DNA from: Paragordius varius
Taxonomy: Eukaryota > Animalia > Nematomorpha
Assembly: GCA_964247055.1 (NCBI GenBank)
Contig: OZ176057.1
Coordinates: 2,170,001 to 2,234,000 of the forward strand
Length of the DNA: 64,000 nt
Direction: 5' to 3'
The notes under the pieces are model-generated. The model was not told where the DNA came from. It searched no databases and saw only the letters and a program-made list of their open reading frames with translations. Positions 42,318-53,948 of this stretch are shown here, piece after piece (position 1 is the first letter of the stretch; every line of letters begins with the position of its first letter). Position numbers and translations under genes: made by a program.

Positions 42318-45300
42318 AATTAATGAGTTTTTTTCACAAAAAAGGTTAAATTTTAAATATTTTTGCCCATTTATAGATTAATTTTGGGTTTCAATCTGGG
42401 CCATTTATTGCATACTAGTGGGGCCCATTTTAACTTAACATCCAATCAATTATTACCAAATATAAGTAGTAATAATCCAAATAATGCTAATATACCAATC
42501 AATATGTTAAATTTTGGGGATCGAAATCAATTCCAAATCCATCAAAATACGGGTGATCAATTGAATGAACACCCTTCCAGTCCCACAACTAAAAGATCTA
42601 AGCATGCATCAACTATTGGAGCTTCAGGCAAACAAAATTCCTTAATTTTTACTCAGAAGAAAGACGATGATGGCGTTTTAAGTGACAAATTTGGACACCT
42701 CGAATTATACATGGGTCAAGATAAGTTACATCGAGAATTGGGCGAAATTGGCTCATTTACTGATAATAAGCACCGTAGATCATATTTTGATGATAACGGT
42801 AAAGTAACTTGTAGTAATGATACTTCAACAAAAAAATCTAGTCAAAAAGTATCGAATGCCACGCCCATTCCAAATGCTACTTTGCAAGAAGATTCTCCTA
42901 AGAAACACCACAGGAAAAAAGATAGTTCCAATGTGGGCAAACATTCCAGTCTTATAGATACAACGATTGGCTCAGTTGAAGGTTTTTTTAATATATTTAG
43001 TACAATTTGGTGAGCAGAGTATTATTTGTTTGATTAAAAATAGTGGCCTATATATATATATATATACATGCATGATAATCGAATGACTAAAATTATTGAT
43101 TGATATATAAAGTTGGGATTCGCACAATCTTAAACTACATGCCATATTTGGCAAATAAAAATATCATTATATTAATTTTATACTTATAATTTGCTCTTTT
43201 TTGATATAATAGAAACCCCAGCTTTAGCCGGTGATATCTTAACCGAAAAACCAGGTGCAAGAAATCTTGAGGATGATGGAGGTATTGTACACACTCTTAT
43301 AGGAAAAAATACTATCATAGGACCAACCAGTCAAAATCTCGTTTCTAACAAAATTGTAAGTCCAAAAAAATCGTCATCTGCTAAAATGGGTAATAATGAA
43401 AAAGACAAGGCATCATTGCCAGAGAAGTTATTATTAAGAGAGGATACTTTTAACAAAACCATTTCTGAAACAAAAAATGCCCAAACAAATTTATCAACTT
43501 CGATAACACAGTCGATTAATATCCGTAATAGTTGGAAAGAATCACCTCAAAATACCAATCAAAAATCATCCACATCCATAAGAAATGCTAGTAACAAAAA
43601 CAAAAACGGCAATAATGAAAGGTAATTTTTTTGAAATTTTCTTTAATTTTAAATAACCTTATCTTGTGATTTGAAAAAGCTGTTTCTACTTGATTACTTC
43701 CTTTTTACTGACATTCATATAATTTGCATTCTGTATAACATCTATATCTTAATGAAGTTTAAAAATATCTTAACCCTTCTAATTGTGCAAAATTAAAAAC
43801 ACCATGTGATACAAAATTATTCAATGATTAGTGTTTAAATTGAATAAATAGCTCGAATTTAGCTATTATTCCGACCAGTAATCAATGTATTATGTGTGAT
43901 CAAATATCACAAAAAAGATCGGCTATAGCGTTTTTCTTAAAAAATGCAACCAAGCCCGAAATAATTGTATGCCTAATTTAATTCTAAACTAAAAAGATAT
44001 TTAAAATGATTGGAAATCTTTGAATGATAAACCATATAATGGTCGAGGTATTGGGAGCTTTAGTAAAAGTTGTAAACATTTAAACGGTTATCACGATATG
44101 TAAGTATCATGCCTTTTATAATAGTTTTTAAATTTCTCATTTTTTTTATATTTTGACATTTTTTCCAGCGATGATGGAATGCTACTTAAATTACCCAAAG
44201 AATTTGTTGAAAAAGAAATCAAAACAGTCAATGTAACCCCGATTAAAGCTTCGTCGAAACAGGCACATGCGCAACTCAATAGCACTACAATACAATTAAA
44301 AGTAATATATTTAAGACTTATTTGTGATAAAATTTCAAAAATACAGAATATTACTAACTTAATATATTTTTAGAAGCATAACGGAACTGTCGGAAATGAT
44401 GATGATTATCAGGTTAGAGAAATAATAATTAAAACTCCTGAAAAATCTCAAAATTATCAGCGAGCCGTCACAAAAACTCAAAATCAATCGCAAAAAAATA
44501 ATCTATCGAGTCCGTCTAAAAAAGATGTAACTAATATAGATGCTCCTCAATCCAAAGTTCCAAATGACAATGCGAAAAATCTCACCAACGAAATTTGCCC
44601 TTGGGAAGACGAAGTAAAAATTGGCAATACAATACATATTTAAATAAAATGTTCTCAATATTTGTTGATTTATTCATCAAAAATTATCAAGTGACAATTT
44701 ATTTATAAAAAGTAAAGCAAAAAATGACCATAAAAATATAAAATTGTCAAAAAAATCATTGAAACAAAAAGTATGAGAACACTTTAAAATTTATAAGAAA
44801 TTAAAATTACCACTGGATTGCTTTTGTTATCACTCTCATAAATATTTGGTTTAGGCCAGTTAAAGGTTATATATATTCAATATAAATTTAAACTTTAAGA
44901 TAATTTCCAACATAACAATATAGTTAAAAATAATATATATTATATATAATATTGGAATTTGTCGTAGTTAGATATTTTTTACAGCGGGGATATTTTGTTT
45001 TATAATCGCAGAATAAAGAAAAAAAATACTCTTGTTTTTGGATTTCATATTTATTTTATCGTCAAATTATTTACATTTTTATTATTATTCTGTGCTTTAA
45101 AAGGTAATTACCAATTATTTTTCACATTCTCATACTATTATTTGACGAATTTAGTCGAATATGTTTTTAAAAACATTTTCAATTTTTTTATTGGCTTTTT
45201 CTTGTTTATCAAAAATTTGAAAGATGAATGTGCTTTTTTGCGTGATTTATTTAAAAAAATCTTATTTTTAAATTATATCTAATTATTAATTTTTCTATGA

Positions 45301-48300
45301 TAGACTTAACTCTTGATTAACACAAACCCAATTTTTCGATAAATTCCTCTAATAATTCTCAAATTACGGTTTATATATATTTAAATTATTAAATTTAATA
45401 ATTAAATAATACAACAATTATATATATATATCCATACTATATAACTGAAGTTATTTAATTTTTTAAAATAATTAACTTTTTAGGCGGAGGTTGAAAAGAT
45501 AATTAAATCGAAAAAAGGCGACATCAGCGACCAAAATATGACAACCAATACTAAAATGAATGAAGATATATGCCCTTGGGAAAATGAAGTTATACCACGA
45601 ACTATAATATAATTATTTTAAAAACTTTATTTTTTTTTCAACATTTGTAACTCATTTGATTTGATATGTATAATTTAATTTATACGTAAAAAACGTAAAA
45701 AAGGATGAAGTAGAACGCATTCTCACGACAGATAAGGTCAGGCCCATCGAAAAATCTGTTATAAATTTATCCTCTTCTGCTAACATGGGCGGTGCAAAAA
45801 GATCTAGTATACCCTATTTACCTACAATTCAAGCTTCTACTACATTGCAACCCAAAGCGGATCAATTAACGTCGCCCCGCGGGAGCATAAATGAAATATG
45901 TCCATGGGAAGATCAGGTTAGTCTTGCTAGATTTTATGATTATCACCTCTGGTTTTTTTTACTTGACCAATTTCTTTGGGTTAGCTATTTTTAAGCTTTA
46001 TGCACGTTTTTGGTTTGATAATCTGATGTCACATTCCTATTATGTTTGCATTCATCCTTTGTGTATTTTAAAATTGTTTTCTGTTATCAACCAAACATTA
46101 ATCGATTATATTGGTGGTGGATTTGACAAATATACTGTGTGCATGGAGAAAAAATAGTCTGTCTAATTTGGGTGTAAGTTATTATCTTTCGGGAAGCTCT
46201 GATTCTTAAATCAAATAATTGCTGAGCTTTCTATATATGAAATATTTGGGGACAAACGCTATGTATGTGCCACAGGCCAAATGCGCCACAGCTAATTTAG
46301 GTTTTTGGCTTTAAATGTTTATATAATTTTAAAGTAAAATTTATACCAACACAAGATTTTTAAATCGATTTTCAACAAATGTATGATAAATATTTAAAAT
46401 TGTTATTTTATACTTACTAGATTTATTTACCAGCAGTAAAATACTAGATTATGTTTTATAGGGAAATAACACAATTGATATATTTAATAATAATCTTATA
46501 AGTTTGTATAATTTGGGCCATATAGACCACTATGGCTGACAAACTTTAAGAATATCAATGCGTTCAAATCGGGAGTTACAAAAATATCCTGATGACCTAA
46601 ATAAATTTTGATAGTATATCAGGATTATTACTGTCCTTTTAGTTTTGATTTAGAGTGATATAAGAAAATTATCAATGTAGTACTACTCCATATCAGAAAA
46701 TGAATTGAGTACATTTCGTTGACAAAATATTTTTGGTTAAAAGCTAAATGATTTCCAAAAATAATAATTAAAATATCTCATAAACTACATATAAAAAGCA
46801 AAAAATATTTTTTAAAAATTTAATTTTTTGTGCGGCTCTGAAAGTCCCAAATATTTTCATTTTTTAATAAGCGAAGGCAAAAATGCCGAGATTGCTGGAT
46901 AAAAATTTTAATTATATGCTTTTTTGATATCTATTAATAATTTGTTAAAAAGCTGCATACTTTTTTCAAAAATTAAATTTTTAGCAAAATTTTGTTGAAG
47001 CATATTTCACACTATTTTGTCGTATGATGAAAACTGTATAAAACTTATATAATTTGATGATGCTGAACATTTCTATCGCCTTTTAATTTAAAGGTTAATT
47101 GCTTTCAAATTTTGGTGAATTTATGTGACGGTTTATTTTAGATAAAATTCTGAGATGATAAAAATGTACAGCATTAGTATTATATCGAAAAATGTTTTAG
47201 ATCTTAAAGCGTTTTTATACCGTTTCCATCCAGAGGCGTAGTCTGCATTTCTGGCGCCGAGTGCATGTATTCGTGCGGGCAGCCCCCTCCGCTCCAAACC
47301 ACTTGCATTTATAAATTATTAAATTGAACCGTGGCGGGACGAAATGGGCCCGTCATAAATAGTAACGCGTGAAAAGAAACATGTATATTAAACCCCTTCC
47401 TTTGAAAACGAAGGCTTGTTTAACAAATGTATCAGTAATTATAAAAATAATTATATTGGTTTCTGCATGAATAGTTCGACTTAGTTAAATATATATACGT
47501 ATAAAAGCAGTATTCAAACTGCATTCTAATGCGTGACCCGACTAAATTCTTTCAATTAATGGCATGCGTCCGAAAAATAGTGGCAATTCTTAGGATTAAA
47601 ACATAAAAAAACAAAAATTAAATATAAATTTTCATGAAACTGCATCCCTAAACATAAATATACCATATTATATATATAATCCACGTTTGTTACTTTATCG
47701 TTTTTATATTAAGGTCCTCTATTGTATGAATATTGTCAAATATTGAGGCCCCGTTGTTGAGAGGAGTTGTTAAATTATTATTTTCTAAAAAGATTGCGTC
47801 CCCGTTGTTGAGAGGTTTTATTAATTATTATCTAAAGATATTGAGGCTCCTTTGTTGGGCAGAGGTGTATTACAATTATCTGAAAATATTGGGCCACCGC
47901 TGTTGGGAAAGTGGAATTGGTGTCATGATTTTTATAATTATAATCAAATTGCAACCTTTTTTAACCTTTGTGCGGTATAATTTTCTTATAATTTTCGTTT
48001 TTTATTTTGAAGCCGCTAAGTTCAGGCATTTCTGATATATTAATTAAAATAATTATTTTGCGTTTTAATGAAGAACTTTTTGTTCCAAAGCGGTTCCACT
48101 ATATTTTGATCAAAAATCTTATTATTTCTTTATTTGAGGTAACAGATAATAAATTGGACATTAAAATGGCCATGAAAACAAACAATATAATTGTTTAACC
48201 AGTTTAAACGTAACTCTAGTTCACTTATCAATACTGATTTATAAAATTTATTTGACGGCCATATGTTAAAATACTTTAATGGGTGTGGTTTATTTTGTAT

Positions 48301-49358
48301 CTTAAAAGTACTTGACATTTGTATCATGAATATATAATAATAATTAGATAGCTCTCTAATGAATAATGGAATAATAATAAAGAAATATAAATCAAAGAAG
48401 AAAAGAGTAAAGCTGTAATGCAGCAAAAAATGGTTATAGGGGCAACAAAAAAAGGAAAAAGAAAAAAGGCACGGTATAATGAAAATGGTATACCATGCCC
48501 TAAGTTGGGAAGAAAATATAAACATTTATTTTGGAATTTCTTTTTTTATAATATCAATTTTAAATTTAATTAATTTTACATAATGGGTAAAATTGAGCAA
48601 GCAATATATGTAATTTTGAAAAATAATGATAAAATTAAAATCTTATTCTTATATCTAAGACTTTGGAGCAAATATTTTAAGGGCAGGTACATGAATGATA
48701 GGAATAGACTGAGGTTGAGAAAGGTAGGCGCTTACAGATAAAGTGAAGAGACATAATAAATAAGGATATGAAACAGTTGGTTAGATTTAAATATTGATGA
48801 TACTAAAAGAGAATATCGATCACGAAGGTGGCCACTATTAAATGGGTGATTTTTTATGGAAATAATAACCAATATCTATTTTTTTAATTAAAATTTTTAA
48901 TCTGGCGCCCCCTCAAATATGACACTCGGTGCATCAGCCCCCCTTTCCACCCCCCTAGTTACGCCACTGTTTCCATCATGCGTTAAGCATGAAGTACGTT
49001 TCATCCAAATTTTTTAAAAAAATAATTGAAAAAAGTACAAATTAAACATAATTTAGTTTATATCAAAATTTAGCATATATTTAAAATTTTTATCCCGCAT
49101 TCTCTGCCCCTCCATCTTATAAAATCATATGAAAATTAAATCGGAGAACCCATCTAAAAATTAAAATTTATAAATTGATTTTTATATGTAGTTTATGATA
49201 TATTTTAGTGCTATTTTTTGGAATGAAGCATTAAAAAAATATTTAGAAAAATGTGCGCAAATTTTGCCATTTTCTGATACGGAGCAGTTACGAAAAATTC
49301 CTTCTTATAGCTCATAAGGGTCAAAACTAAAATTATTAGGATAGTCCTGATTTCCTAT

Positions 49359-49401
<43 letters not shown>

Positions 49402-50715
49402 ACAGTTCAAATTCACCCTCAAACAATTCAAATTCACCATCAAATAAATTATAAGTTTTGTCAGATTTAGTTCGAAAACACATATATTTTTAGGGTGAAT
49501 TTGAACTGTAAATGGTATATAAATATTTTCATCAGGATATAATACCAAGAAGATAGAGACTTAATTTATAATTTTTTGCAATAATCTGATATTTGGTAAA
49601 ATGGCCTTTTATAATAAAGTTTAATATGATATTTTGAGCTTCTATATAAAGATTTTTTAGAATTTTAATTCATGCCTCAAATCATATTATCAGTTGTTTG
49701 GCGCATTTGGGTTTTGGCAAATTATTTTTATTATCAAGTATTTTGGCTTTATGTTTATATATTTTTTAAGTATCTTCAAATATCATACTAATTAATTTTA
49801 AACAGTGTGTATTGATATGACTAACATTACATAAGGGAATTTTTTAAATGATTTATGCACTTTTAAATGGATTGAGTATATGTTCTTAGGATTTCTTGAT
49901 TGAATAGTTGATATTTTCAAATACCTGTTGATTTTCCAAAACTTGACCGATGATTGGTGGTCCTTTTTGAAAAAATGCACACATATGTATTGATTATAAT
50001 TAATAAATTAATTGTGCCGTAACCAATGTGCTAGGCTTTTATAGATTCGACAGTAAAACATATAATTTAATATAATAATTATTTGGACAATAGGACACAA
50101 TTATACAAATCAACAATACGAATTATATGGCAAACGATGGCCAAGGGGGAAGTAAGCCGAACCCTTTACCTCTTATTATAAAAACCTCAGCCAAAAGTCC
50201 ACAAAAGGAACTTCCTGCAACTCCAAAGTCACCCCAGAATTTGGATAAAAATCATGGAGAAGTCTGTCCTTGGGACGATGCAGTAAAAATATTTTATACT
50301 ACCATTCCTTACCATTACAAAGATCTTCCTAAATTTTCTGATAAAAAATCGAGAATCAGGCTAGATACATATTCAAATAGTAGCATTTAATTTTACTCTT
50401 TAGATTAACCGGTTATAGATATAATTTATTCGATCATGTTGTAAGTGCTGAGTTTTTACAATTTTACTTTAGGCCTGTATTCAAAAATTATTAATATGCA
50501 CAATTTTAAAATATATATGCAAGGAGGAATTAGCAAATTTTCAGAAAAACAAAACAGCAATCATCCCAGAAATTGAAGTTTATGAAATGAAAAAACCATC
50601 AATAACCCAATTACAATTCCAAAATGTGCCGGAGCCCACAATACTTACAACAAAATCTATGAATCGGAAAAAATCATTTTTAAGTAATTCCAATTTTTTC
50701 ATCAACATTTTATGA
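20825..50715 (+). CDS. R7-family regulator of G-protein signaling (RGS9/RGS11/EAT-16-like; DEP-DHEX-GGL-RGS plus long low-complexity tail), about 1135 aa; exons 20825-20929, 35704-35800, 36723-36773, 36845-37003, 37577-37644, 38655-38731, 38797-38878, 38999-39094, 39238-39299, 40155-40268, 40333-40527, 40803-40892, 41763-41888, 42377-42981, 43213-43621, 44169-44301, 44374-44613, 45484-45588, 45704-45916, 50094-50282, 50524-50715
   Basis: DEP/DHEX ([31 protein letters not shown]; [10 protein letters not shown]; [14 protein letters not shown]), GGL ([20 protein letters not shown]) and RGS box ([14 protein letters not shown]; EINIDS; [15 protein letters not shown]). All 20 introns are phase-compatible. 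The first exon (ends ...CTLFTK|GT, phase 0) and the last exon are less certain than the core. Confidence 0.88.
22051..23098. mobile_element. TA-flanked foldback element (about 1.05 kb, long TIRs beginning TCAGGATTAT)
   Basis: TA|TCAGGATTATCATG ... CATGATAATCCTGA|TA; arms are inverted over about 350 bp (e.g. GTGGGCTCCGAAAGTCC / GGACTTTCGGAGCCCAC). Confidence 0.75.
24011..25128. mobile_element. piggyBac-like TTAA MITE (about 24011-25128) containing an inverted sister copy (24275-24838)
   Basis: The inner copy is bounded by TTAA at 24275-24278 and 24835-24838. The host sequence AAATCACC|TTAA|CATTGATATAAAC matches the uninterrupted ATCACACCTAACATTGATATAAAC of the 10014 copy. Confidence 0.75.
27477..30372 (-). 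mobile_element. RTE-clade non-LTR retrotransposon (LINE) with intact 934-aa AP-endonuclease/reverse transcriptase ORF (27495-30299), antisense in RGS intron 1
   Basis: APE motifs [36 protein letters not shown]; RT motifs [42 protein letters not shown]; RTE-type C-terminus [11 protein letters not shown]...GRPPMRWLD; (AACC)3 tail; short 5' UTR containing GAGAGGGAAGGCAATGGCAAACCAC. Confidence 0.95.
31260..32215. repeat. Dispersed interspersed repeat: first half recurs at about 34440-34900, 36120-36600 and (inverted) 21480-21750; second half recurs at 55261-55712
   Basis: Shared blocks TTTCTTTAGCCTTTTAGGC, TTTCGCCACCATTT, TATATCATTCGAAAGAGC and GGAAAAGCTTTTGGTTTGCTTTTTTAATAAAA; termini not resolved. 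Confidence 0.6.
33075..33602 (-). mobile_element. Diverged piggyBac-like MITE copy
   Basis: TTCAATTCAAATTGGGG at the left and ACCCCAATTTAAATCGGAGGACTGAAATGAATGTGTTGTATGCAAGT at the right; shared interior. Confidence 0.65.
33611..33757. mobile_element. 147-bp hAT-like MITE with exact 8-bp TSD GTTTAAAA
   Basis: CAGTGG...CCACTG termini; GTTTAAAA at 33603-33610 and 33758-33765. Confidence 0.75.
37737..37998. mobile_element. hAT-like MITE, second family (CAGAG.CGTAG termini, GGGGCTGATGC.CCG core); sister copy at about 21164-21422
   Basis: Flanks GTTGCATT/GTTGCATA (7/8 TSD); shared GC-rich subterminal blocks. Confidence 0.72.
47231..48969. mobile_element. Enlarged (1739-bp) member of the second hAT-like family, carrying about 1.45 kb of extra sequence; exact TSD TTTCCATC
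   Basis: CAGAGGCGTAG...GTTACGCCACTG termini; TTTCCATC at 47223-47230 and 48970-48977; ends align in reverse to the 260-bp copies at 21164 and 37737. Confidence 0.75.
47742..47912 (+). repeat. Four degenerate tandem units of 47-51 bp (core ATTGAGGCCCCGTTGTTGAGAGG)
   Basis: Unit starts at 47742, 47793, 47840 and 47888. Confidence 0.7.
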
Positions 50716-51420
50716 GTGCCATAAGTTTTAATATTTACATAAACTTTTTTAACAAAAAATGTTTGCATTTATGAGAGGTGTTATGCCAAAAATAAAAATA
50801 TTTGGCGAAAGTTTACAATCATGTATCCTTTATTTTATCAAAAATTTACATTTTATCTTTAAATGGAAATAAATATTTGGTAAGGAATGAAAAAGAGCTC
50901 TATGGTATTATAATATCATATTCATCAAAAAAGTATGAGAAGAGCTGTTCTTTATTCCATTCTTTACCAAATATTTATACCCATTTAACCCAAAAAAAAT
51001 AAATTTTCGATAAAATATAGGATACATAACTGTAAATATTATTTTGACAATACTTAAAATTCATTTATATATTTCTAGTATGTTAATTTTTAAGGTATTT
51101 TGGTATGACTAATTTTTGTAATGTAAGGGATGGGCTAAAACACGGCTCTACGCCATATTGTATAAAAGTCAATTTAAATTTGGAATAGCTTTCAATCCTA
51201 TTTCTTGAAATTACAGTAAAACGAAAAATAATTTGATACACAATAAAATCCATATATATATTCGAACCTTGAAAACAGTTAGAATTTCGAGGTATATATT
51301 AAGTATGTTACCACTTTAAATGTATATTTATTTTCAGATTTAGTTTATTATGAATGTCAATTAAATTAAATTTAATTTAAATTCGTATAACCGACTGCAT
51401 TTATACCAAAATCGCAAAGT

Positions 51421-51461
<41 letters not shown>

Positions 51462-51462
51462 G

Positions 51463-51569
51463 AAGTTGATATGTGAAAACCCCTAGTCAAATAGTTATGT
51501 CGTAGTGCTGAGTCCTAACAAGCACGAAACCGATTACTATTGGCGACGAAGGGTTTCAACATATCAATT
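51463..51569 (+). ncRNA. Hairpin containing a degenerate minimal hammerhead-ribozyme-like core
   Basis: TTGATATGTGAAAACCC...GGGTTTCAACATATCAA inverted repeat enclosing CTGAGTCCTAACAAGCACGAAACCGATT (compare CTGATGAGTCC-N-GGACGAAAC-CGG-TH); several core mismatches. Confidence 0.35.
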
Positions 51570-52244
51570 ATAATTTTAGTTTTAAATTTTCTATTTAATA
51601 TTCGTTTATTATTATCTTACGGATTTCACAACTGTTATTACAAAACATAATTAATCCGTCATTTACCATTAAAATATTTTCCCTTTCGACATTTTTAATC
51701 TTTTTTAAATTTTAATTACAAATAGCAGCCTTTAAATCCTTAATTTTTATATATGTTTTACTTTTGATTTCCCAAAAATATATTATTTTCTTCGTATTAT
51801 ATAGGGAAAAAATGAGAATGTATTGTGTTATATGGTGCAATATTTGAAATTCTTCAACAAGATTTATATTACCAAATTTATTGTGATAATTTGAACATTG
51901 ATCATTACATATATGTAAAATTAATTTTTTCAGTACAATAAATGAATAGGAATGTATTATTTGTATGATGATGATGCGTTCACCAGTAAAAAAATCATTA
52001 CCGGTTTATGATCAGATAGCTAAATTACAATAAGAATCAAAGAAATTAATACATGGTATTATTGATATGATTAAAAATTTTAATATTTTTAAATCATTTT
52101 TTTAAAACACATGTTTTGATTTTTCGTCTGGTTGTTATGATTTAAAGCGGTCACAATCACAGATATGTCCTTTAGCGGATTATTATATGTAAAGCCCAAC
52201 ACCAAAATATAATGATCACATTAAAGAGTAAAATTTACAATCTA

Positions 52245-52368
52245 TTAAAATAAAGTGCCTGACATCTTGAAGTCATACTTATCCATCGTATTATAAGTGG
52301 TATAGTTCAAACTAAACACCTCATTACTAACATCGTTAAAGTATTCATTATCTAGAAAGAAAAAATAT

Positions 52369-52403
<35 letters not shown>

Positions 52404-53948
52404 TAATGCATATTATAATCGTGAAAAAATAATCCCTTCTTCCAAATGTTAAATTAGTTGAATTTGTTTAAATTTCAAATGAGCATTTTCTTGAATGCAC
52501 ACTTAAATATGGTTGAGTAAACAAGCGTTATTTATAACAAAATTAAGCTTACCTCTCAAATCTATCTCTATTTTATTGATTCTGTCTTTGCTAAGTAAAC
52601 GATTCCAGCCGGTTATATTGCTTAGCCATGCACTATAGGCTGAAAATTTTCTCAATTCTGGAAAAGTTGAAAGCACCGAAATGTCAAATGATATCAAACG
52701 ATTGTAGTCCAAATTCATTTGTTTTATTGAATGTTTATACGAAGCGGGTGAAAGATCAGTAGCTGTAATATCACCATGGTTTAATGTCAATGTTTGTAAT
52801 TGAGTCCAATTTTCAATGGGTTTCAAGGTCCCTAATCCAAACACAAAATCTAAATCCAGAACTTCGATGTGATTTGATTTTTGAAAAGTGTCCGGAGTGA
52901 CTGTGCAATACATGACTTTCAAAGTGTTGAGAGTTTCGGGGAAGGATGGTGAGGAGAATGATATGTTAATGTTCCGCATATGAGATAATCTGCCTGCGAT
53001 GAATAAATTACGAACATTTGGAAAATTATTGAATATATTAGTCAGATCATAAGAATTATCCACAATGTTTAGGAGCACCTCATTCGCTGATGTCAAACCT
53101 TGTACAGTAAAGGTGTTTGTATATGATTCTATCTCTAATCTTTTTAGAGCAGGCATATTCACATGCATCGTATTATCAAATTTGGCATTTAGTGATAAAT
53201 ATTCTATGCCTGAATGACTAATATTTCCTACCAAACGTACATTGCCAATAAATAATCGTGCTCTTTCCAACTTTCTAAAATGATTCAATACGGTCCAATT
53301 AAAATCTTGTTTTTCATATCCCTTTATTTCTAGGGTAATTGATTTAACCATTATCTGTGCAGACAATAGCATTAACAATTCATAGGTATGCTCAATATTT
53401 GATTCATAATCAACAACTCTAATGTCTGTTAAATTTTTTTCAAAATGAACTAAAAAAGTTGAATTCTGGATACAATATTGTAGACTGGTCGTCGTATAAT
53501 TAAGCGCTCCCAACATATCTTAAATTGTTGAAAGATTAGCACACTGCTGTTCTATCATCCCATATTTTATGTATGTGCATTGAAATATCTCGGTATTTTT
53601 GCATTCATTGGACATATCTTTGATGAGCAACTTTATTAGCTTATCGATGCTGGTTTTATTAGAAAAATCATACATTGAACCACCATATTCGCATGTACCA
53701 TTAATGTTGTCATCCTCTATCATATGCCAATCACATTTCGATGTGTTCCCAATTACTATATTAATATTCAAAAAAAAGAAAAAATATATGGAACGACATT
53801 TTTGTCAAAAAGCGTAACATTATTTTACAATAAAATTGATAATAGTACCTATATTATATGTTTCGTTTTGAGAAGCGCTAGGATTGGTTTCCTCAGAAGC
53901 TTTAAAAGAGAAGCAGATAAGCAAAAAGGATATAAGAATGAATTTCAT
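52245..53948 (-). CDS. Secreted leucine-rich-repeat-like glycoprotein, about 469 codons, with one in-frame TAA at 53520-53522 (possible pseudogene); exons 53948-53849, 53755-52553, 52351-52245
   Basis: Exon 1 encodes a signal-peptide-like MKFILISFLLICFSFKASEE. Exon 2 has LRR-like units (LQTLTLNHGDI, IKQMNLDYNRLISFDISVLSTFPELRKFSAYSAWL) and many N-x-S/T sequons. Splice phases are 1/1 and compatible. The two listed ORFs 53520-53771 and 52503-53516 are in the same frame. Confidence 0.7.

Larger units (their letters stand above)
46619..49350. mobile_element. Second copy of the TCAGGATTAT foldback element, interrupted by the 47231-48969 hAT-like element
   Basis: TA|TCAGGATTATT ... GATAGTCCTGA; the empty site CGTTTCCATCATG is present in the 22051 copy. 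Confidence 0.7.

Noticed and set aside
47742-47912. Repeat-spacer-like array suggesting CRISPR
   Set aside because: Eukaryotic context, degenerate repeats, mutually similar AT-rich spacers and no cas genes; it is an ordinary tandem repeat.
51541-51550. Second TGGCGACGA resembling the Gypsy primer-binding site
   Set aside because: No LTR upstream and no gag downstream; it forms part of the 3' arm of the 51463-51569 hairpin.
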